The notes: generated from the sequence alone by a model not told the origin. Shown: positions 17,176 through 25,747, counted from the first letter of the stretch. The stretch: DNA of 30,033 bases from a virus (IMGVR_UViG_3300046002_000554:1-30033); one strand, 5' to 3'. A program made the numbers and translations.

Positions 17176-19175
17176 TATGGTTTGATATAAGAGATTCTAA
17201 TTTTGTCTGTAGAAGTTGGTACAAATAGGAAGTTAATTGTAAATGGGCTAGCCAAAGTTACAATATAATCATTTCCCGCTCCTGGCTCCATCAACAATCC
17301 ATTAAAATAAACTTGCTCAGTTCCGGGTATACATGCTCCAGTTACAGAGAATGTTGTGTTTACACCGTTTGGCAATGGCAATGGAGTTTCTCTTGTTACA
17401 ATATTTGCGATATTTATTGTTCCAGAAGGAAGATCAGCAGTAGTCAAACTTGCTCCAACAGTAGCTCTACCCTTAGCGTCTACAGTGATCTTGGTATAAG
17501 TACCGGCAGTAACACCACTATTTGCCAATGTAAGAGCCAGAGATGTAGTTCCTGATCCTGTAGCGTCGCCACTTACAGTAATTGTTTGGTTACCAGTGAT
17601 GAAGTTTGGAGTCCAGTTTACCCACTTGTTCGTTCCACCACCACTGTAACGTAGCAATTGTCCATCGGCAGGAGAAGAAAGAGTAACATCACTCAATCCG
17701 CTCAAAGAACTAATCAAGTTAATTGCTGTGTTTGTCACACCAGTTACACGACCCTTAGCGTCTACGGTAAATGCAGGAACTTGTGTTGCACTACCATATG
17801 TACCCGCTGTTACACCAGAGTTAGCAAGTGTTACTGAAATACCAGTAGCACCACTACCTGTAACGTCACCACTCAACGTAATGTTTTGGTTACCGGTCAA
17901 GTATGTACTAGTGTCAAGAGACCAAGTGTTTGCGGCATTTTTCTTTAAGAAACCGGATGTTCCACTCAAGGCAGCAATCGCGCCTAAGTCAGGGTCGTAT
18001 GCTTGAACGTCTGTTCCGATTACAACGCCCAATACAGACCTACCAGCCGTTGAGTCAGCAGCTCCCATCACTCCTCTACCAAAGGCAGTCAATGGAGCAA
18101 TCTGTGCTGTGTCTACACCAGTGAAATAGATCATGGTGTCGGCAGCGGTGATTGTAGATGCCACTGCTGTTAGCGTAGCGTCTAGTGGCTGCTTTGTGTT
18201 TAACTGAGTTTGAATAGACGATGTAACTCCGCTCAAGTGTCCAACCTCAGTAGCGGTTACCGCACTTACAGTTACCTTACCACTTGCATCTGATAACAAG
18301 GCTCTGCTTGCTGTCAAGTTTGAGCTTACAATAGATGATGCACCACCAGAGATAGCAGCTTGAGCACGAGCATTGGTAAAGAATAGGTTTGTAGTACCTT
18401 CTACCAAGTTATCTGTTGTACCAGCCGTCGCAGTTGTGATACGACCATAGTTGTCTACGGTGAATCTGTTGTATGTTCCAGCTACTACGCCAGTAGTTGC
18501 TAAGTCGATGTCGTCTGCGTTTACAACAATACGAGAAGCTGATGCAGTTCCTACGTTAAAGGTAAGTCCAGACTTAGTCAAACCATTACCAGCTTGGTAA
18601 TCGGCTGCACCTGAGAACTGGTTGAATACAATTGCTGTTGTACCAATTGTAATTGGGCCAGGTGTACTCTGAGTCCAACCTGTAGCCTGCAAAGTTGATC
18701 CAAGTGTTACAAAGTAAAATGCGTTAACAAGTTCAACTCCAGTGTCTGAGTCTGAAGACCTAGACCAAGCCCCTGCTGACACATCGTACACACCGTTCTC
18801 TGTTGTGTTTGTCTGGTTTTTAACCAGTACACGATTTCCTGCGCTCAAAGAAACACCGTCAATGGTCTGTATACCACTCAATGTTATGTTTGCAGTTGTC
18901 GCCACTTGTACAGCAGTCTTAACGCTCAAACCTTGAGCGATAGAGTCTACATATTGTTTATTTGCAGCATCTGTAGCCGATACAGGATCAGCGACGTTTG
19001 TTGCTTTATTTCCACCGAAAGACTGGTTAGCAGTAAAGGATACTGATCCATCTTTCTTTACAAAATTTGCACCATCGGCAAGCTTTGAGCTAGCGATGGC
19101 AGCAGATGCGTCGATATCGGCATTGACAATGTCGAGGGAGTCGATCTGGGATTTTTTTATCTTAGTTATAGCCAT
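17175..19175 (-). CDS. Long fibre protein, 666 aa
   Basis: DAANKQYVD; VATTANITLSG.QTIDGV..RVLVKNQ..ENGVY domain; three VTAGTY..TVD..GR repeats; C-terminal VYFNG..G.DY domain. Confidence 0.8.
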   Translation of the reverse strand: MAITKIKKSQIDSLDIVNADIDASAAIASSKLADGANFVKKDGSVSFTANQSFGGNKATNVADPVSATDAANKQYVDSIAQGLSVKTAVQVATTANITLSGIQTIDGVSLSAGNRVLVKNQTNTTENGVYDVSAGAWSRSSDSDTGVELVNAFYFVTLGSTLQATGWTQSTPGPITIGTTAIVFNQFSGAADYQAGNGLTKSGLTFNVGTASASRIVVNADDIDLATTGVVAGTYNRFTVDNYGRITTATAGTTDNLVEGTTNLFFTNARAQAAISGGASSIVSSNLTASRALLSDASGKVTVSAVTATEVGHLSGVTSSIQTQLNTKQPLDATLTAVASTITAADTMIYFTGVDTAQIAPLTAFGRGVMGAADSTAGRSVLGVVIGTDVQAYDPDLGAIAALSGTSGFLKKNAANTWSLDTSTYLTGNQNITLSGDVTGSGATGISVTLANSGVTAGTYGSATQVPAFTVDAKGRVTGVTNTAINLISSLSGLSDVTLSSPADGQLLRYSGGGTNKWVNWTPNFITGNQTITVSGDATGSGTTSLALTLANSGVTAGTYTKITVDAKGRATVGASLTTADLPSGTINIANIVTRETPLPLPNGVNTTFSVTGACIPGTEQVYFNGLLMEPGAGNDYIVTLASPFTINFLFVPTSTDKIRISYIKP

Positions 19176-19177
19176 GG

Positions 19178-20317
19178 TTATGTTTGGTACTCTATTATCA
19201 ACTGATCAGTTGGCGCGGGAGGAAGTGACATACTTACTTGAACTGTACCCGCCTCAACGTAATCGTATCCTACACCCCTTGTCAAACGCTGTCCATTTAA
19301 GTATACTCTAGTTGTATTTGGCAAGAAGGATTGACTTGTGTTATAGTTTGTGTTTGAGTTATTTTTTATTCCTACAATATTGTAGTCGTAGTCTATTTTA
19401 AATACAGACCCAATACTTGACGCTGGTACGCTTACCCATTTAGACGTAGCTGAATTCCACTGTAAAAGATCTCCGTTATTAGGAGCTGGAGCGTCAACGT
19501 CATGTAGTTCGTTTAGCTCATCCACTCCATCGTCTATCTTTACAAATATCTTACCATTGTTTATGTGTGAATACGTCACGTATCCAATCTGGATTGGATG
19601 TGTTGTTGGTTGTATATTCGTTAACCGTCCGGCGGTAGTCTCTGACAGCCATAAAGTATCACCATCTGACCAAGACTCTCCCTGTAGCGATCCGGTAGTA
19701 TTGATGTCTCTAACAATACCAAATGCAGTAATAAACCCGTCTTGGTTGTTGTTTATATTCTCAGTTACAAGACCTAAAATTCCAGTATGGTTGAACTTCG
19801 TGTTTGCCTGTGCTAGTTTTACTGCGAGTCTCTGTCCCTGTGCTCCACCCTCGCTTATGTTTCGGACCCTAACAACATTGTATTGAGACTCGAGTAGATT
19901 AGCCCCTGTCTTGTTAACTACACGTACTACCTCTTCTTGTCCAATCTGAAGTGTAACGTTGTTTCCTTTTAGTCTTAAGTCAGACGTACCATCAGCATCG
20001 TTCCATGCAAACATCCCAGTCGTTAATACTGGCGTTGCGGACGTGTCAAGCAATAAGTAGTCTGACGTGACACCACCTACGTTTATCGTATTGGTGGTTG
20101 TATTACCAGCTGTAGTTACTTGATCCAGCGTCCCAACACTACTACCACCCGTTGCGTTTACTGTAACGGTACCCGTTCCGTCTACTGGTGAGATAGTAAT
20201 GTTTGTTCCGGCGACTATTTTATTTACTGTTGCTGCATTTACACGCCTTAGTATATAATCTATCGACTTTCTTACGTCTTGTAAATATTCAGAGTATTTG
20301 GTTGGCGGCCTAAACAT
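19178..20317 (-). CDS. Fibre/adaptor protein, 379 aa
   Basis: TLDQVTTAGNTTTN, LNELHDV..NGDLLQWN..KW, C-terminal VYLNGQRLTRGVGYDY domain; TATCTTTG box 5 nt upstream. Confidence 0.75.
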   Translation of the reverse strand: MFRPPTKYSEYLQDVRKSIDYILRRVNAATVNKIVAGTNITISPVDGTGTVTVNATGGSSVGTLDQVTTAGNTTTNTINVGGVTSDYLLLDTSATPVLTTGMFAWNDADGTSDLRLKGNNVTLQIGQEEVVRVVNKTGANLLESQYNVVRVRNISEGGAQGQRLAVKLAQANTKFNHTGILGLVTENINNNQDGFITAFGIVRDINTTGSLQGESWSDGDTLWLSETTAGRLTNIQPTTHPIQIGYVTYSHINNGKIFVKIDDGVDELNELHDVDAPAPNNGDLLQWNSATSKWVSVPASSIGSVFKIDYDYNIVGIKNNSNTNYNTSQSFLPNTTRVYLNGQRLTRGVGYDYVEAGTVQVSMSLPPAPTDQLIIEYQT

Positions 20318-20348
20318 TAGTACAAAGATAGCTAACCTTTAGGTTAGT

Positions 20349-20612
20349 TCATTTCTTCGTCGACTTTCCGTTGCTGCCCTGTCTCGCTCTGTTCTTAGAC
20401 TTGTGCTCAAGGACCATCTTGCCGTCCTTTGTGTGGCTGAGGTCCATGGACTTACGCTTGCCGTAGATGCCACGCTCACGAGCTTCAGCATTAAGCTCAG
20501 CGCGATACTTATTGCGTGCTGGGGTAGACTGGTACGCCTTCTCCTTGGAGTAGTCCCTTCCGGTAGCCTTGTTGCTGCCCGGTCTAGTGTTTTTTCCTGT
20601 AATCTTTGCCAT
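20349..20612 (-). CDS. Small basic protein with a degenerate HNH-like motif, 87 aa
   Basis: RDYSKE...RAELN...DLSH...SKNRAR resembles the D.xH...NR signature of small phage HNH proteins, but the catalytic spacing looks shortened. Confidence 0.55.
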   Translation of the reverse strand: MAKITGKNTRPGSNKATGRDYSKEKAYQSTPARNKYRAELNAEARERGIYGKRKSMDLSHTKDGKMVLEHKSKNRARQGSNGKSTKK

Positions 20613-20691
20613 CTAAGTACTCTCCTATAACGTATGAAATGCCTATTGTAAAGGTAACGAACAACGTCCCAAACAAGAAGCCCTCCATCAT
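20584..20691 (-). CDS. Single-TM microprotein, 35 aa (not in ORF track)
   Basis: MMEGFLFGTLFVTFTIGISYVIGEYLDGKDYRKKH*; ATGA overlap with the upstream stop; fills the gap. Confidence 0.55.
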   Translation of the reverse strand: MMEGFLFGTLFVTFTIGISYVIGEYLDGKDYRKKH

Positions 20692-21032
20692 TTCTTTTTT
20701 ACACTAGAGACGCGTGACCCCATCCCCACTCTTGACTTTTCAGCCTTCTTTTCCGACAGCTTCGAGCTGCTCATCTCTGACTTTGTGACCGGTGTTTTTG
20801 ACGACACGCGCTTTGACGGGCGGCAGTACTCGTTCTTTCCGCCTGCACCACAAGCTTTACCGCTCTTGGTGTCTACCCACTTCTCCGCTCCCCAACGCTT
20901 TAGGTCTGATCCGGCCTTCGTCTTCTTGACATTGCCAGATGCCTTTCTACACTTAGCAATGGCCTGTGACGCCCTCGCTGAAGGGAACACGTCGTACTGT
21001 GCCTTTACCTTGGTGTAGCAAGCGTCTTTCAT
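20688..21032 (-). CDS. Small basic Cys-containing protein (DUF5872-like), 114 aa
   Basis: KDACYTKVK..FPSA.AS..CR and LKRW.AEKWVD..CG..CRPSKRVSSKTPVT motifs recalled from phage and giant-virus proteins. Confidence 0.65.
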   Translation of the reverse strand: MKDACYTKVKAQYDVFPSARASQAIAKCRKASGNVKKTKAGSDLKRWGAEKWVDTKSGKACGAGGKNEYCRPSKRVSSKTPVTKSEMSSSKLSEKKAEKSRVGMGSRVSSVKKK

Positions 21033-21172
21033 CGTCCTTGACCCTTGTATTTCTTGACGTAGTTCTTTGAGGTCTTCATTGAAGAGCTCTTCTTCTTAGA
21101 TACAACGCCGGGGCGCTTAATCGATGCCTTTGGCTTCCACTTGGTAGCCTCTGATTTTATTTTTGCTGCCAT
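21029..21172 (-). CDS. Small basic protein ending KKYKGQGR, 47 aa (not in ORF track)
   Basis: MAAKIKSEATKWKPKASIKRPGVVSKKKSSSMKTSKNYVKKYKGQGR*; ATGA-coupled to the next gene; this terminal motif is common in small phage proteins. Confidence 0.75.
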   Translation of the reverse strand: MAAKIKSEATKWKPKASIKRPGVVSKKKSSSMKTSKNYVKKYKGQGR

Positions 21173-21561
21173 AGGTACATTCTAAAATAGTCAAAGTCAT
21201 CTTTGCCGCCCTCTTCAATATAGTTGAGGTAAGCGTCATATGCTGGACCGGTCATCGGAACTTCTACGGTTGTCGTGTCTATACCGTTAGCGATCATCTT
21301 AGCCGCAAACATCTCAGATTTTTGCTCAGCTGCAACTACGGCCTCCTTCAGATCTGCCTTTTCCTGCTGCTTTTGTGCAACAAGTGCTGCACTTTTAGAC
21401 TGTGCCATCTGTGTAACTTGAGATGCCATCTGCAGGTTGCTCTTGATCTTGGCCATCATCATCTCGATTTCGTCTACTGGCGGCATTGAAAGAGCTCTTA
21501 CGGGGAATGCTATTTCTATAGAAATAACAATCGCAAATAAGGCGATTAGAACGTACTTCAT
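21157..21561 (-). CDS. Signal-anchor plus coiled-coil protein, 134 aa
   Basis: N-terminal hydrophobic helix followed by a long A/Q/K helix; possible lysis accessory (inference). Confidence 0.65.
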   Translation of the reverse strand: MKYVLIALFAIVISIEIAFPVRALSMPPVDEIEMMMAKIKSNLQMASQVTQMAQSKSAALVAQKQQEKADLKEAVVAAEQKSEMFAAKMIANGIDTTTVEVPMTGPAYDAYLNYIEEGGKDDFDYFRMYLWQQK

Positions 21562-21815
21562 AGCTTTTTGACGGTATTTATAATCCTAAGCTCTGTTATT
21601 GCAGCAGAGAGCGCAGAATCGCTTCTCTTGAGGGCATACGCCATCTTGTCGATCTTCACTTCCATGGCGTCGATCTTTTTGTTGGCCTTCTCGATCTGCT
21701 CGGTATATCCTGAGCGAAGGTCCACGTACAAGTAACCAACAACAAGCAGCATGCAGAACGCTACAGCTGCGACTGGATTTTTCTGAAATTCGGCAAAACT
21801 TACTGGGAGTTTCAT
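21558..21815 (-). CDS. TM plus coiled-coil protein, 85 aa
   Basis: PVAAVAFCMLLVVGYLYV followed by heptads; ATGA coupling. Confidence 0.7.
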   Translation of the reverse strand: MKLPVSFAEFQKNPVAAVAFCMLLVVGYLYVDLRSGYTEQIEKANKKIDAMEVKIDKMAYALKRSDSALSAAITELRIINTVKKL

Positions 21816-21988
21816 TTTTTAACTATTCCTTTCACGTAGTAGATGCAGGCGAGGACCCCGGAGATGCAACCTATAATACCGACGACCATTGAGATGATGG
21901 GCTGCCAGGCAGTGGCGAATGAGGCAACGGCAGCCGCGCCCGTGATTGTTGTGAGTGTATTAGCCGCTGAGTCCGTCTGCTGTATCAT
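21812..21988 (-). CDS. Holin-like two-TM protein, 58 aa (not in ORF track)
   Basis: MIQQTDSAANTLTTITGAAAVASFATAWQPIISMVVGIIGCISGVLACIYYVKGIVKK*; TATCTTTG box at 21995-22002; ATGA coupling downstream. Confidence 0.7.
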   Translation of the reverse strand: MIQQTDSAANTLTTITGAAAVASFATAWQPIISMVVGIIGCISGVLACIYYVKGIVKK

Positions 21989-22003
21989 TTATCACAAAGA
22001 TAA

Positions 22004-22264
22004 CTAATTTGTCGGAGGGAATGGTGGTGCTGGTGGCAATTGGATTTCATCATACGGGACACACTTGGTCAAGTCTACCAGAGTACTCACTTCGGGATTG
22101 ACGGTAAACCAATACGCCCCAAATTTATCAATGATGGGATTGCAATAATCCGATGCCCCCGCATTTGGGAAATTCAATAACTCACACGCTTGGGTGTCTA
22201 AACTCTCAAACTCCGCTTGGTTTGTGCAAGGATAAAAGCAAGGGTATAATTGTGACTCTTCCAT
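22004..22264 (-). CDS. Small acidic protein after a fibre gene (possible fibre chaperone), 86 aa
   Basis: TAATG-coupled to the 484-aa gene; function inferred from position. Confidence 0.65.
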   Translation of the reverse strand: MEESQLYPCFYPCTNQAEFESLDTQACELLNFPNAGASDYCNPIIDKFGAYWFTVNPEVSTLVDLTKCVPYDEIQLPPAPPFPPTN

Positions 22265-23718
22265 TAGAATGCGTTGTTGTTAATTGAACGGATGTAATTG
22301 TACATTTCGGTTCTTTGTGTAGGTGTATCAATTGTTAAACCAGATATAACTGTACTTATAATGCAATTACCAAAAGGACCTGATGAATTATTAGACATTA
22401 AGCAACATTTAGTAGTAATTCTTGTGCCTGTTGAACCACTTACATTATTTGCATTATTTAAGTAAATATTAGAACTTACATTATTAAAATCTGCTTGTAA
22501 GTATTGTAATTTATATTCTAAATCTCCTATAAAATTTAAATCTGCACCATTAAATGCTATAAATCCATCTACATTTCCATATATAAGACCATTTGCACCG
22601 CCTCCATCAACATAATACGAGCCTCCTCCACTTGGTATATTAAAAGGATTTATAACTGCGTGTTGGCTGAAATATTGTTTACTTGTTAATGTACCACTTA
22701 AAATAGTATCATCCACCCCATCACCTTGAACTATCGTTCTATCAACCAAAACTCCCTTGTAACCCGTTGACGCAGTTCCCGTGTTAATTGTCCATACCTC
22801 GCCCGTTGTACTTGTCCATTGTGTTTGGCTTGTACTTGCGTTGTATGTTGCTGGGTTGAAATCTACTACGGGTGTGCCGCCTATTGAGTTGGCAATTGTT
22901 GCACGATAGATTTTGCCTTGAAAAGCACCGTTTGCGCCTAAGTTATCCCTTGCCCCAATTCTAACAACATCATTAGAAGCATTCATATTACCAGCTGTGC
23001 TTGTTTGTGTTGTGCCTAATTGAGTATAGGTAATTCCATCAGTTGAAGTATAAAAATTAACATCCCCAGTTGTAGCCGTTCTTGTGGCTCTTACCCAATG
23101 AATTGTCCCGTCTGCAGTTGGGTCTGTTGTGCTTGATTGAGCAAATATACCTGGATTACATACAAAAACTAAGCTACCGTTATTAAATCCAAGGTAGTAG
23201 CCGCCTGTTGCATCCCATTTAGACACTAAGTTTGATACTGCTGGGTTTGTACTTCTGTTTGTTTGGGCTCTTATATCAATATCGCCAGTAATCTGATTGG
23301 CTGCTGCATTTGGTGTACTTAAATAATTACCTTCAACCCCACTACCCCACCAATAGTTATCACTACTTGCTCCATTGTGAGCCAATAACAATGGTTGACT
23401 TGCTGCGGTTGTTTGAACTACATCACCCGAAGAACCCGCACAACTATACAATTTTTGCACGGCTTGTCCTAAGGTTGCACCCGCACCCGCTCCAAGTTTA
23501 TACCCCAAGTAGTGAGCATCCACACCAACGCTTACTGCGGTTGTTATGTCGGAAGTCCCATAAATAGTTTTGACTGCATTGAAAAACGCATTCGTACCAC
23601 TTACACCCGCTGGAACAACTCCACCGTCTGCAATCACTCGATTGTAGTGTGCTTGTGCTTGTGCGTCTATACTGACACGCCCTGCACCAATGGTATTGGA
23701 TATCGAGATTGACAGCAT
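22264..23718 (-). CDS. Putative head-spike fibre with lectin/LamG-like domains, 484 aa
   Basis: N-terminal MLSISISNTIG strand; QTTAASQP and GDGVDD motifs; internal LVSKW..YYLG..HWVRATR..VRIGAR..FQGKIY beta-sandwich; follows a spike-base gene. Confidence 0.65.
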   Translation of the reverse strand: MLSISISNTIGAGRVSIDAQAQAHYNRVIADGGVVPAGVSGTNAFFNAVKTIYGTSDITTAVSVGVDAHYLGYKLGAGAGATLGQAVQKLYSCAGSSGDVVQTTAASQPLLLAHNGASSDNYWWGSGVEGNYLSTPNAAANQITGDIDIRAQTNRSTNPAVSNLVSKWDATGGYYLGFNNGSLVFVCNPGIFAQSSTTDPTADGTIHWVRATRTATTGDVNFYTSTDGITYTQLGTTQTSTAGNMNASNDVVRIGARDNLGANGAFQGKIYRATIANSIGGTPVVDFNPATYNASTSQTQWTSTTGEVWTINTGTASTGYKGVLVDRTIVQGDGVDDTILSGTLTSKQYFSQHAVINPFNIPSGGGSYYVDGGGANGLIYGNVDGFIAFNGADLNFIGDLEYKLQYLQADFNNVSSNIYLNNANNVSGSTGTRITTKCCLMSNNSSGPFGNCIISTVISGLTIDTPTQRTEMYNYIRSINNNAF

Positions 23719-23719
23719 C

Positions 23720-23977
23720 TTACCAGAGCGCTACGATGTTCGTTGCGGTTGTACCTATCGAGTAAACACGTGTTACGTTTACCGGAAAGAATGTACCGCC
23801 AAAAACGCCATTAAATGTAACGGTGTCACCACCAATTGTATCGACCTTTAGATTCCCAGATCCTCCAATGTACAAAACACAACCATTGTTGCTAGTTCCA
23901 CCAGTAACAACCGGAATGTCTGTAGTGTCTGACGGCGTAACCGCAGAGGCACGACCAACCTGTAATTTAAAATTCAT
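23720..23977 (-). CDS. Head-spike base protein (RcGTA Rcc01079-like), 85 aa; start corrected to 23977
   Basis: AVTPSD..LYIGGSGNLKV..GDTVTF.GV..G.FFPV.VTRV...GTTATNIVALW is the family signature. Confidence 0.8.
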   Translation of the reverse strand: MNFKLQVGRASAVTPSDTTDIPVVTGGTSNNGCVLYIGGSGNLKVDTIGGDTVTFNGVFGGTFFPVNVTRVYSIGTTATNIVALW

Positions 23978-23989
23978 ATTACAAAGATA

Positions 23990-24021
23990 AACAAAAATAC
24001 CAGTCCTTGCGGTACTGGTAT
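23990..24021 (-). terminator. Intrinsic terminator
   Basis: Minus strand ATACCAGTACC-GCAA-GGACTGGTAT followed by TTTTGTTT. Confidence 0.8.
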
Positions 24022-24045
24022 CTTGTTGAATTTTTGATGATACGC

Positions 24046-24146
24046 TTACTGTTCTTGTACTTCTACTAGTCCGTAGCAACCCTTTGCGATTGCGATGTGT
24101 AACGCCTCGGCGATTACTTGTTTAGCTGTATTTGTTGTTGAAACGA
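24046..24146 (-). pseudogene. Possible start-less gene remnant
   Basis: Frame reads VSTTNTAKQVIAEALHIAIAKGCYGLVEVQEQ*, protein-like and amphipathic, with no in-frame ATG after the previous in-frame stop. Confidence 0.35.
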
Positions 24147-24491
24147 TTAGATGGTTATTTGTTCCACATTGTCCGCATCATAGATGGCCACCAACGCATC
24201 GTAAACGGCGTTAACCAATAACGATTCTGCTGGGATGGTTTCGTAGGCCACAACCGACAATTCCAAGTTGGAAAATGTGGTGTTAAAATCTTCAATGCCT
24301 TGAATCGGGGCTTTGCCTTGTGCCAATGCTTCAACACTTGCAAAAACAAATGTTGCGATTTGGGCGGGGATTACTCCGTCTTTTTGGCTTTTGACATCGG
24401 CATAACCTTCAGCGATTACACATACTGAACCCGAAGGGATTGACAAGCCACTTGTTAGATTTACGCTTGTATTAATTTGTATTGCTTTCAT
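24147..24491 (-). CDS. Hypothetical protein after a fibre gene (possible chaperone/tip protein), 114 aa
   Basis: Clean ORF with a TATATTTG box 4 nt upstream. Confidence 0.75.
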   Translation of the reverse strand: MKAIQINTSVNLTSGLSIPSGSVCVIAEGYADVKSQKDGVIPAQIATFVFASVEALAQGKAPIQGIEDFNTTFSNLELSVVAYETIPAESLLVNAVYDALVAIYDADNVEQITI

Positions 24492-24504
24492 ATTTCAAAT
24501 ATAA

Positions 24505-25371
24505 TTAAATTGATGTTATAGTTTCCCAAGCGGTTGTATAAACGCACAGTTTGTTTAGTGTAGTATCGTAAACCATAAGACCTGCGGCAGGTGTTGCTAT
24601 TGCGTTCTTTTGCGTTGTGGTCATTCGGGGTGGGAGGAAGCCTTTGGTCGTTGAATCAACTTGTAACAACGCACTTGCTTGTGCCGTATATGTTCCCGTG
24701 TTGTTGATGTTCATTTGTCGACCTGGAATCATGTGCAAATCCGCAGTTGCACTATTCACCGCCGCAAATACTATTGAACTTGATTGATTGTTAATGTAAG
24801 TATTGCCGTTCCCAAATTGCAAAGTTCCAAACAATGTCGTGTTCAAATTATCTTGAACTTGCAACGCACTATTCCCCGCACTATTCTGCACCAAAAGCGA
24901 TGTAGTGGCGGATGTTGCGCCACTGCCTTGAATCTGTAGTCGAGCGGTGGGGGCTGATTGTGCTCCAATAAAAATACCGTCGGGATAAATTCTACCTCCA
25001 CCACTTCCGTTATAGTCAGCAAACTGCATTGTGTATGTTGATGCTCCTGAACCGCCATATAACAATATTCCAAATCCCGCTGCATTTGTATTTTGTAATT
25101 TTGCAAATAAATTTCCGCTTACATTTTGCGTAACTTCAAATGGTAGGGTAGGTGCATTCGTACCAATCCCCAACCTTTTATTGGTATCATCCCAAGTTGC
25201 ACCAGTCGTTCCGCCTATCTGCAAGGAGTTAGTTGACAATGCAAGTACACTATCGTTGCCTAAACCATCGCTTAATGTTTTTAGCGTTGCAGACAGCGGA
25301 AGGTTATCCGCGAGCTTGATCAAGCTCGGGTACGTGTTCTGAGGGGTAGTATTAAATAGAGTTGATCCCAT
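24505..25371 (-). CDS. Fibre protein, 288 aa; start corrected to 25371
   Basis: MGSTLFNTTPQNTYPSLIKLADN..LKTLSDGLGNDS; WDDTNKRLGIGTNAP; ends LLQVDSTTKGFLPPRMTTTQKNAIATPAAGLMVYDT. Confidence 0.8.
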   Translation of the reverse strand: MGSTLFNTTPQNTYPSLIKLADNLPLSATLKTLSDGLGNDSVLALSTNSLQIGGTTGATWDDTNKRLGIGTNAPTLPFEVTQNVSGNLFAKLQNTNAAGFGILLYGGSGASTYTMQFADYNGSGGGRIYPDGIFIGAQSAPTARLQIQGSGATSATTSLLVQNSAGNSALQVQDNLNTTLFGTLQFGNGNTYINNQSSSIVFAAVNSATADLHMIPGRQMNINNTGTYTAQASALLQVDSTTKGFLPPRMTTTQKNAIATPAAGLMVYDTTLNKLCVYTTAWETITSI

Positions 25372-25387
25372 ATTGCAAAGATAGTTA

Positions 25388-25747
25388 TTAGTTATTACAG
25401 TTGTTCCAGAAAGTGTCCCAGTTCTCCCAAAGTATGTCAATGTTCTGCCACAGCTCTGTAGAGTAACAGATGGAAGCTTCTGATTGTCCCATGTCTACGG
25501 CCAATATATTAGAGGCAGTTGTGCCAGTAGCGAACACCTTGATTACCCACACTGGCATGAAAGACCCAGAGGGAACGCCCGCAAATGTCACGTCATCGCC
25601 ACCAACGGTCAACACACGCACGTCGCCGCCAACGCCAACGTACAGGCACGTTGCCCTGTTGCTGGTGTTTAGGTTTTGCTGTAGTGTCTCCGTGTCTGAC
25701 GGGTATACCAGCCTGCCGTGTGCATGCTGCTGCTGTAATATAGCCAT
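25388..25747 (-). CDS. Second head-spike base paralog (Rcc01079-like) with Trp-rich C-terminal extension, 119 aa
   Basis: VYPSD..CLYVGVGGDVRV..GGDDVTFAGVPSGSFMPVWVIKVFATGTTASNILAV, then LWQNIDILWENWDTFWNN. Confidence 0.75.
   Translation of the reverse strand: MAILQQQHAHGRLVYPSDTETLQQNLNTSNRATCLYVGVGGDVRVLTVGGDDVTFAGVPSGSFMPVWVIKVFATGTTASNILAVDMGQSEASICYSTELWQNIDILWENWDTFWNNCNN

Noticed and set aside
16740-18510. Repeated LSGDVTGSG/TVDAKGR units as a DGR template/variable pair or invertible cassette
   Set aside because: Similarity is at protein level with synonymous divergence, not adenine-specific; no reverse transcriptase or invertase in the window.
20349-20612. Mobile HNH homing endonuclease or intron
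   Set aside because: Motif is short and degenerate, and no interrupted gene or intron structure is visible.
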